A DNA stretch of 64,000 bases from Chrysomallon squamiferum (Eukaryota > Animalia > Mollusca), in contig CM022671.1 in assembly GCA_012295275.1 (NCBI GenBank), positions 29,698,001 to 29,762,000 of the forward strand. Reading direction: 5' to 3'. The translations under genes and the position numbers were made by a program. Below, piece after piece: positions 56,301-64,000 of this stretch. The number at the start of each line of letters is the position of its first letter. The first letter of the stretch is position 1. The notes under the pieces are model-generated. The model was given only the letters and a program-made list of their open reading frames with translations, did not search any database and had not been told where the DNA came from.

Positions 56301-57654
56301 CTGACCATTTTCATACCAATTCTCGAGTATTCAAAACCAAAGATTTTTTCACCATGATGCAAAAGTTAAGAGGGCCAGCATGTATGTCCATTTCAACAAA
56401 CTCTATCATGGCTGCGTGTAAAGAATTATAATTCTATATTTACAAAACAAAATTAAGCTGGTACCTTTACATACATTATTTGTACAATACTCGATCATAC
56501 TAGTTAATATATAAAAATGATAAATGGAATACGCTTTTGAATACATTATTAATATAAATAAAGAGGTTTGTTTTGTGTTTTTGGTGAGTGGTTTACAATT
56601 TCAACAAAAAATTTTAACCCTCAAATTTAAAATTAATTTGGTTGCACATGTATGTAGTAGATCTATACAAAAAGAAAAATAGTTCATAAAAAATATTTTT
56701 AACCAAAATGCTGCCGTAAACTTCATTTTTCAATAATAAACTAATTCATCAGTAATGCACATCCAATAGTCTGCGTAACAATATTAAGAATAACAAATAA
56801 ATTACAGAGACTAGTACCAAGCAATAGAACGAAACACGTGAATTTTTAATATCAGTTTTAAAGGTTCCCATTTTCTTCCTATTTAATGATTTACCCGTGT
56901 TCGACACGCTACAATTGTAATAAGTATCAAATGTGAAGTGTTCGCATGCCGATATGTAATTAGTTTAATTTTTATTATTTAAATAATTTAATAATGCAAA
57001 CGTGATCAGCGAAAATACATACCCACATGCTAAATGTGGATGACGTAATACCCATGCTTCTTGCATAGGCCAGCTGATTGCGTGAGATTTGTTTGGCAGG
57101 AGGTCAGTGTCACGACCCTTCGACCTTGAATAGTAAATTTTGTACGTTCGCCGCACTGATCCAAGCGATCAACTTTTTTTCTAATGTCAGTGAATCAAAT
57201 ATGAGATGCATAAGAAAAAAAGTATTTCACAACGCAAATTAATAATGTTAATTTAAAAAAATCACGTATTCACATGGTAAGAAACTAGGTACTCGGGTAA
57301 TAGAACACATTCATGATTCAACGATTCAATGCAGAACATGAAAATGTAGACTCGACAATGCATGATCTGATATAACAGGATTACTTCCGACTAGGCGACA
57401 CCAAACCTTTCATTGATTTGTATATATGTTTAATAATAAAAGTAAAAACCAAATGAAAATAGATTATAGCTATGTCATATGACGTATGAAAACATGCAAA
57501 GAACATTTAGTTCAGACTTTGCCCTTACATGCTAATGTAACATACCATGGCCATTCATTTGCACTTCATTAGTACTCTCTGTCGCCTCTCCATTTGTATC
57601 TCCATTACTGCTATCCTGTTCATGTTTTTCGTCGGGTGTTGTTATTCCTGCCAT
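29452..57654 (-). CDS. CLUH: Clustered mitochondria protein homolog (clueless; CLU_N, CLU, CLU-central and TPR domains), 35 coding exons, about 1388 aa
   Basis: Exons in transcript order: 57654-57546, 50762-50542, 50033-49862, 49268-49125, 48768-48656, 48275-48206, 47781-47697, 47304-47226, 46886-46736, 46188-46052, 45858-45767, 45227-45125, 44495-44375, 44025-43934, 43562-43523, 43270-43216, 42898-42820, 42355-42250, 41789-41654, 41482-41359, 41006-40941, 40690-40629, 40231-40154, 39911-39768, 39394-39233, 37400-37334, 36966-36876, 36340-36154, 35725-35453, 35080-34955, 34462-34377, 31193-31064, 30801-30667, 30171-30098, 29707-29452. Motifs: [111 protein letters not shown] repeats ([11 protein letters not shown]). 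Exon 43562-43523 is 1 nt short. The first exon is assigned from phase and promoter context. Confidence 0.96.
31305..31434 (-). ncRNA. Box H/ACA snoRNA, copy 1 (predicted 28S dual pseudouridylation guide)
   Basis: Stem ACCUCA/UGAGGU, H box AUAGAA, stem UCCAUG/CAUGGG, ACA+3 nt. Pockets GGGCA/AAUCA and GUUAAUC/UUCAUGC. Lies in CLUH intron 31194-34376, sense to the host. Confidence 0.88.
31694..31823 (-). ncRNA. Box H/ACA snoRNA, copy 2
   Basis: Near-identical to copy 1; boxes and guide strands intact. Confidence 0.88.
32080..32209 (-). ncRNA. Box H/ACA snoRNA, copy 3
   Basis: Near-identical to copy 1; substitutions confined to the upper stems and loops. Confidence 0.87.
32389..32489 (-). pseudogene. 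Degenerate H/ACA snoRNA copy 4 (pseudogene or corrupted consensus)
   Basis: Recognisable TGTATCCATGG...GCTCCATAAA...GATTAA...CTCAACTGATTATGAGAACCATCATGA with many short deletions. The TGCCCG and GCATGAA guide segments are lost. Confidence 0.7.
32597..32726 (-). ncRNA. Box H/ACA snoRNA, copy 5
   Basis: Intact H box AUAGAA, ACA box and both guide pockets. Confidence 0.88.
33099..33228 (-). ncRNA. Box H/ACA snoRNA, copy 6
   Basis: Intact H box AUAGAA, ACA box and both guide pockets. Confidence 0.88.
34046..34182 (-). ncRNA. Box H/ACA snoRNA, copy 7 (diverged paralog)
   Basis: Upper stems are diverged but the guides are unchanged. H box ACAGUA. Compensatory stems CACCUCA/UGAGGUG and ACCCAUG/CAUGGGU. 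Confidence 0.88.
35730..35796. repeat. Poly(A) run (poly-U pyrimidine tract of a CLUH acceptor)
   Basis: About 66 consecutive A immediately upstream (on the minus strand) of the acceptor at 35726. Confidence 0.9.
36415..36484. repeat. Perfect 32-bp tandem duplication
   Basis: TATTCAACATCACTGGACAACAATGTATATTG x2 plus TATTCA. Confidence 0.9.
37991..38120 (-). ncRNA. Box H/ACA snoRNA, copy 8
   Basis: Lies in CLUH intron 37401-39232; about 3 differences from copy 6. Confidence 0.88.
38811..38941 (-). ncRNA. Box H/ACA snoRNA, copy 9 (diverged paralog)
   Basis: H box AUAAGA and ACA box present. Guides GGGCA/AAUCA and GUUAAUC/UUCAUGC retained despite diverged upper stems. Confidence 0.86.
44690..44850. 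mobile_element. Possible decayed fragment of a gastropod dispersed repeat in a CLUH intron
   Basis: TTAGCAGCAAG...GCAC...CCACAAACAGGAAAGCACATA resembles, from memory only, an abundant gastropod interspersed repeat. Not verified. Confidence 0.25.
54814..54913 (-). CDS. Candidate alternative first coding exon of CLUH ([33 protein letters not shown])
   Basis: ATG-open 100-nt segment ending GAG G|GTATAA. It is phase 1, compatible with the acceptor at 50762. No homology support. Confidence 0.35.
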
Positions 57655-57659
57655 CGCTC

Positions 57660-57765
57660 GCTATTGACTAAAACACGTGCGACCACAGTAGTCTTTGAAG
57701 GACGTCACCCCATATATGGAAAATGTGCACATACTACTTTCTAAGTCGTTATTCCATTGGCTTTC
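57660..57765 (-). promoter_or_regulatory. CLUH proximal promoter with E-box, CRE-like, CArG and CCAAT motifs
   Basis: CACGTG at 57674-57679, GACGTCA at 57701-57707, perfect CArG CCATATATGG at 57710-57719 and ATTGG at about 57756-57760. All lie just upstream of the ATG at 57654. Confidence 0.55.
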
Positions 57766-58524
57766 CACTGTATCATAGATTAATTAATCAATACTCCGAT
57801 CAACAAAAGAAAAGTATGCTGATACACAATTGTTTCTACAGAATTTGAGTATAATTTATACCGTTAAAATGAGAAATTTTAATTCATAAAATTAATCTAT
57901 ATATGTTGTATAATTAGTAGTCTTTCGTTTTCTCGTCCAGTCCGAATGTCGGTATTATACGGAGATAGCCGACGCTTTGTTACATTATTCAGTTATTTCA
58001 AACGGCAGGTACTTATATTAATTTTTCAGTTTTTATATACAGAAACAAGTTGTTTAGATGAAAAAATTAAGATTAAAAAGAAATGCAGGACGTCAATAAT
58101 TTAAAACAGTTTAGCATCAACAGTGATGTTTTTAAATAGTCGGTTTATAATTTCACTAGATGTAGAAGTTTTAATTACGAGTTGCTGTAATGAAAGTGAC
58201 AGATGAAATTTAGAATAAACGTACTTTAAATTTTCAAGAAGAAAATTGAAAGTTAAAATCATGAAAGTATAGAACATTTGGAAAGTATAAAAATACTGTT
58301 TGGTCAGTTTTATATTTAGTATTATTTTATTTGTTAACATGACTGGTGACCTAAAAGAATAAAATTATAATTTAGAAATATAAACAATGGTATGTTTGTT
58401 TATTTGTTATTATTTGATTTGATTTTATCATACCGCCACACGTACAGTTTAAGAATAAACTTGGTAAACAAAAATATCGGACTTAGTTATTAACACTATA
58501 TTATGACACGAGTTTTACTGAGTT

Positions 58525-58780
58525 GAATATAAGTGAAACATTACTTATATTAATCATAATAAATCAGTAACAAATTCTATTAATAAAGATCTTAAACTGA
58601 ACTATTCCAGTGAACTAAGAAGCATAATTTGTACTCTTTATAATTATCTAGTTTTACTAACTAGAATATAAGTGAAATTTACTTAAATTAATCATAAAAA
58701 AATCTATAATAAATTATAATAATAATAAAGATCACAGTTAAATTGAAATAGTCCATTTGAACTGAAAGGTATAATTTATA
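58525..58780. repeat. Diverged tandem duplication of about 140 bp
   Basis: GAATATAAGTGAAA...TTAATCATAA...AATAAAGATC...TGAACT...ATAATTT occurs twice. Confidence 0.75.
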
Positions 58781-59250
58781 TTTTACATAATTATGCCGCA
58801 AGTAGTAATGTTCGCGAAGTTTTCTGTTTTTAATTTGGTTAACATGAGCTTGCGACAGGTGTGATAAACATCTGTCTAAAAGAGAAACTGAATAATGTAA
58901 TTATAATATTTCGAGATAATTATGGACACGTAAATAAATAAATAATTATTCTGTTAACTTTCTGTACGTACTTTTATAAATGTTTTTGCATAATTTTAAC
59001 AAACACAAAATTGATGTCAATTAAAATGAAACGAAGTAAGCTTATGATGACTATATATATAATTGATATTTATTAAAATAATGGAGGAGGATGTGCACAC
59101 AGTTATACATACAAAAATTTAATAATAAATAAATAAAATAAATAAGCACTAAAATAGTAAAAGTAAACAAAAATCTTACTTCAGTTTTACATTATTTTTT
59201 TTTTTTATTATAACGAACAAAATATTCTCGTAAAAATGTTCTTTAATTAT

Positions 59251-59735
59251 AAAAACAACAACACGGGCAACTGCCCGTAGTTTGTGTCGGTTCAAGGTTT
59301 TATTTTCAAGCCGCGTCCATCATAGTTCGAAATCTGCACAGCATCACGAAGGGCACAAGGTTAAGGAACGGTCCAATGGATCGTGAAGTGGCCTTGTAAC
59401 GGCTCTTCTAAATCGTTAGAGGGGCCATGACGGGGATTGTAGACCCTCCAGACTTCAAGGTCGTAGCCCGAAGGCGCTTTTTTAGTTTCATTCAAACAAT
59501 CAGAATTCGCCTGAACATAACACCATAGTATTCTGTCCGTTTTGAAGATCATTTGATACACGTTCCGGTTTTGTATTAAGGACCGAGGCCTTTACTCGGC
59601 CGCAAGGACAATGTGTACCTCACCGATGCCCCTTTCTAATGACCTCGGCGAATTTAAAGGGTCATTTTATCGTATTCATATAATCGTTACTTCGTGGTCC
59701 ATGGAACCAATAACACATGCTTAACGACAAATGAA
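59251..59735. mobile_element. GC/CpG-rich, hairpin-rich island; probable non-autonomous dispersed repeat (ncRNA not excluded)
   Basis: Sharp compositional shift from the flanks. Hairpins ACGGGCA-AC-TGCCCGT, ACGGTCCA-A-TGGATCGT, GGCTCTTCTAA-ATCG-TTAGAGGGGCC, CCGAG...CTCGG and AATGACC...GGTCATT. No credible ORF. Confidence 0.4.
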
Positions 59736-59806
59736 TTTCGTTGGTAACATCTGTAAATGAAGACATGCTAATAAAAATGAGGTTTCTCATAAGCGTTGCT
59801 GAAGAG

Positions 59807-59809
<3 letters not shown>

Positions 59810-59861
<52 letters not shown>
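59810..59861. repeat. (AAT)n microsatellite
   Basis: Seen directly. Confidence 0.9.
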
Positions 59862-60921
59862 GTTAAATGAATTAAATAAGTATACAAAATATTTATTTTA
59901 AGGGATGGAAGTGGGGGGTACGCTTTAAGTAATCCGAACATGTGATTTGTTTCAAGTTTGTCCATGTTGTTGAAATTCAAATATGTACAATTTGCACATC
60001 TTTTATTTGCAAAAATTAACCCCCAAAAAACGAACAAACTATTTAATGAAGGTGTAAAACGGGATTCTCATATATATAATAAAAACAAAAACAAAACAAA
60101 ACAAACAAAACAGTTAATGTGTGAAAAAAATAAACATAAGAGATTTAGATTATATGTTAGATTTTGAAAGTAAATTTTTAGACTTCTGCTAGGTTAATTC
60201 TCAAAATACATGAAATCATAATGTGAATTCGGTCTTAAAATAAAAAACACAACAATAGAAAATATTTAAATTTTTCTTTTTTAATAAAATACATAGCATT
60301 TTTGTGAGGAGAGAATTTATAAATAAATAAACAACTGTGAACCTTTAATAAATCCTTAGATACAATATAAAAATATTATTTTGCCGTATCTCTTTGGTGA
60401 AGAAAACAAAATTTAATTGTCTTAATACATCTTCCATTTTAAGGAAACCAACCTTTGTTAAATATGTTATTGACTTTTGAAAATGCATGGAGACTGCCAT
60501 TATTCTCATTTCACATTACTTTAAAACCCGAAAAAAACAAAACATATAAGATGAGTTATTTCAAAAATGTTATATCATTCAGACTATGTTTTATTGTTAT
60601 TTTTATTAATATAAATATTTTTATGTATTACATGAAATGACATTATAAAAACAAGGATAATGACAGTTCCCAAGCATCATCATAAGCTTGTTCTTGTCAT
60701 ACTTTAATTATTAGCAAAGGTTGACGTAACAATCCTGAAGAAGTATACAAAAGAGATATAATAGTCTATTTGTCCATATCACAAGTATACTTTATCTTCT
60801 GCAGTGTGATAGCTGTGTGAGGTATAGTCACTAGACTTAGTTAAATTGTAATATAAATAATAATAATAATAATAACATTATGTAAGAAATCTGGAATTTA
60901 TTTTCTATTCAGAAATGTTTA

Positions 60922-60941
60922 ATAGTAGTAATAGTAGTAGC

Positions 60942-60972
<31 letters not shown>
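60922..60972. repeat. (TAG)n microsatellite
   Basis: Seen directly; slightly interrupted. Confidence 0.85.
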
Positions 60973-63054
60973 ATTACAATAATTATAGTTTCCAGATTTC
61001 TTATCCTGTATCCAGAAAACAGAGAGAGAGAGATATATATTAAGCTTTGGTTCACAAAATGAGATTATCCAAAAATATGGATAAACCCTGGTCCCACGTT
61101 AGGATCATACATTTTATGATATGTGTAGTAACAACAGTATTAATAGTAGCAACCATTCACCAAACTTTTCAAACTAAATAGTGTGTGAGTAAAACTTTTA
61201 ATCACTCTTATTTCAAAACTGCAGAATTTAAATGCCATTTAAAAAAAAGAAAAAAAGAAATAAAGAAGTAAAAAAAAAAAGATGTATAGAAAAACATCTG
61301 CCTTTAACAGAAATTTACAGAAATAGGCAAGATTAAAAATCAGAAAATGTATTAAAAAATATCACAGTTTAGAAAACAAAAGGATATAAATAGTAAAAAA
61401 ATTATGTATTGAGAATGACACAAGTTCCCCATGTGGTATTAATATTATACACAACATTAAGGGTCTTCCTTCATTTGCATCACTTTCAAGATGCTAAAAA
61501 TTAAATCTAGTTCTGGGGATTTGACATTGACATTGAATATGAAATTTTTAATAAGTAGTACCAGATAGTCCCATTTGTTCATTTCATACAGACAGTCTAA
61601 AATTGCTTACTGGAGATAGCACACAATATTTTTTAATATTTATATACAAAATGCCTTTTAACGGTAATGCTATTTATAATTTAACAGAATTAAACAGTTT
61701 TGGTACATTAGTATGTAAAACAAATATGTAATATAAAAAGATTCTGTTTCATATGTTAATATATATTCATGTATATGTTTTCACCTGTTATTTATTATGC
61801 TTTGAAAGATAAAATATAAAAAACTTACAAAAAACATTCTCAGTCTAAATAATGTTTTTTTTTTTAACTTTTTTTGTTTAAATACCTATATCTATATATA
61901 TGTATATACAGATAGATAGATAAATATACTGGTAAAAATTCTGAATGTGTAAGTAATTTTGGGATTATAAAACCATTTTACTTAATAGCTAAGAAAAAAC
62001 TGACTCTAAATAGCAAGAAAATGTTATTTGAAATAAATATATAATTTTTAAATTGTATTTAAAAAAAAATATATATATAAACATTTTCCTTTTCCTAAAT
62101 CCTTCTCTCCCTTCTATAAAATTTAAAGACAATATGTTTCATCCACACTGTTTTTCAAATGAAGATAAAAAGGTAAACACCCCCGCACAAACATTTAACA
62201 ATGCAACTGTTTTTAAAATATATCAATACATATAAAAATAAAACAATATATCTTTGGTTAAATGACATATGGCAAAGTGTGAGCAGATTTATGAAAATAT
62301 TACCGTTAAATAAAGCTAACACAAAATCCATTTCACATTTAGTATTTAACATAAAAACTTTTGTTACTGTGTCTCAAACATTAGTAAAATTCAGTATATT
62401 ACTTGCTGACTGTCGAAACAGCTGAGCTTCGAAACAAAACATTTGTTGGTGTTGAATTATTTACACTGATTCACTGAAAACACAAGGCATAATTTTTAAA
62501 AACAAATGGATTATAAATAATAGATAATCCAGTTACTTGTACTCTGCAATCTCTTTTTTAGTTTTTTTCAAAAATATTTATATTTGTTTTAATATATATT
62601 ATGCCATGAAGTGAGTTTTCAAGAATTAAGAATTAAACATCTGAATACTGGCACCTTGTGAATCTATGGAATCTATTTTTATAGGTCTAACTCTGCATGT
62701 TCCTGTTTGAATTAAAAGATTTTAATATTTTTAATTCTTGTTTTAAATAATTTTTGTTCAAAGATAAAAAGAAAATATACTTTTGTTTAATTTTATAATA
62801 TACAAGCGGAATTGCTAATGATAAATGTGAGTCTTTTGAATAACAAATCCATCTAATTTCATATTTTGCTATAAAATCTTTTATACAACAATTTGTCGAA
62901 TAAAAATAAATATTAAAATAATCCATGAGCAAAGATCTGCAACTTGGTCACAATGCGATTAATAAAATAGAATAATGAAAAACAATATCAAGCACATTCA
63001 ATTTCCTTAGCAACAGTATTGTTTTTGTTTATTCATTTAAACAAACCTGTTCTT

Positions 63055-63222
63055 TAGATGGAAAGGAACATTGATACAGGCATGAAACTGTTACTAAGAT
63101 GGAAGGGAACAATGACCTAGATGAAAAACTGTTGCTAAGATGGAAGGGGACATTGATACAGATATGAAACTGTTGTTAAGATTGAAGGGAACAATGATAT
63201 AGATGTGAACTGGTTGCTAAGG
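63055..63222. repeat. 41-bp minisatellite (4 clear units, decaying to about 63480)
   Basis: Unit starts at 63055, 63096, 63137, 63178 and 63219. Approximate consensus AAGATGGAAGGGAACAWTGATACAGATATGAAACTGTTGCT. Confidence 0.85.
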
Positions 63223-64000
63223 AAGAAAATAATAACTCATGTTGTTACTAAAGTTAAATAAAATGATGATCATGAGAAGACCCTTGTTACTGAGAAGTAA
63301 AGCATCAACAACAACAACAACAAAATAATTACTGACCTGTTGCTAAGATATACCTGAACAATAATGAAGATGTGAAATGGTTGCTAAAATAGAATGAAAT
63401 AAAGATGTGAAACTACTATTCAAATGGAAGGAACAATTATTAGAAAATTTACTAGTATGGAGTGGAACAGTGATATGTATGAAATTCGCTACTTTGCTTA
63501 TAGACAGATGTGGTTACAATTTTATTTATTTATTGTCACTATTTTTTTCAATGGCACATGCATGCTACACATCTAAAGTTCATATTGAAGTTATATATTT
63601 ATTGGAGATGGCAAAGTCATCTGTGACATGCTCAAAATTAAAAACAGTTTTAATGTAACATGATAATTAGGTGGATTAGTACATCCTTACTGTTGAAAAA
63701 TCAACTTTATTCTCCGACCTTTTATAATGCAATTTTAGGCTCTGAATGTCTCAGGGTCAGTCTTGTAAGTACCAATTCAGAATAAATAAAAATGAGCAAA
63801 GCTACAAATAAAAAAATAGTGATGAAATAAAAAAAATAAGCATGACGATGACTATTGTAATAAATAATATGGCTTACTGGTCGTCTGTTGTATGTCATAA
63901 TTTTTTTTTTTTTTTTTTAGAAATGATTTGTGAAGAACCTGCCTATAATACATAAAAAGATATTAAAAAAATATCACAGCTGCATCAGGTAAAATATTGA

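Noticed and set aside
59262-59270. CACGGGCAA shared between the GC island and the snoRNA 5' end
   Set aside because: Only 9 nt with no further similarity; treated as coincidence.
63739-63750. 12-nt match to 28S rRNA (GCTCTGAATGTC) as a C/D guide
   Set aside because: No C box or proper D box. Matches of this length to rRNA are expected by chance in 64 kb.

Overview
AT-rich, intron-dense animal genomic DNA; protein and repeat style suggest a lophotrochozoan, probably a mollusc (inference only). I rebuilt three genes exon by exon. (1) PAFAH1B1/LIS1: minus strand, 12 coding exons, 6785-17796, about 408 aa. (2) METTL16: plus strand, head-to-head with LIS1, 7 coding exons, 19974-24316, about 686 aa. 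(3) CLUH/clueless: minus strand, convergent with METTL16, 35 coding exons, 29452-57654, about 1388 aa. The same three genes are neighbours at human 17p13.3. The main hidden system is a roughly 130-nt element present 9 times in two CLUH introns (7 + 2 copies), sense to CLUH. It folds by eye as a canonical hairpin-H box-hairpin-ACA snoRNA. Its two pockets are complementary to two conserved 28S rRNA pseudouridine sites (UGAUU-Psi-C-UGCCC and GCAUGAA-Psi-G-GAUUAAC), each with the expected 14-nt spacing. This points to an amplified, polycistronic intronic H/ACA snoRNA array. Two single-base frame breaks (one in LIS1, one in CLUH) are probably consensus errors. All coordinates were counted by hand; no database searches or folding programs were run.
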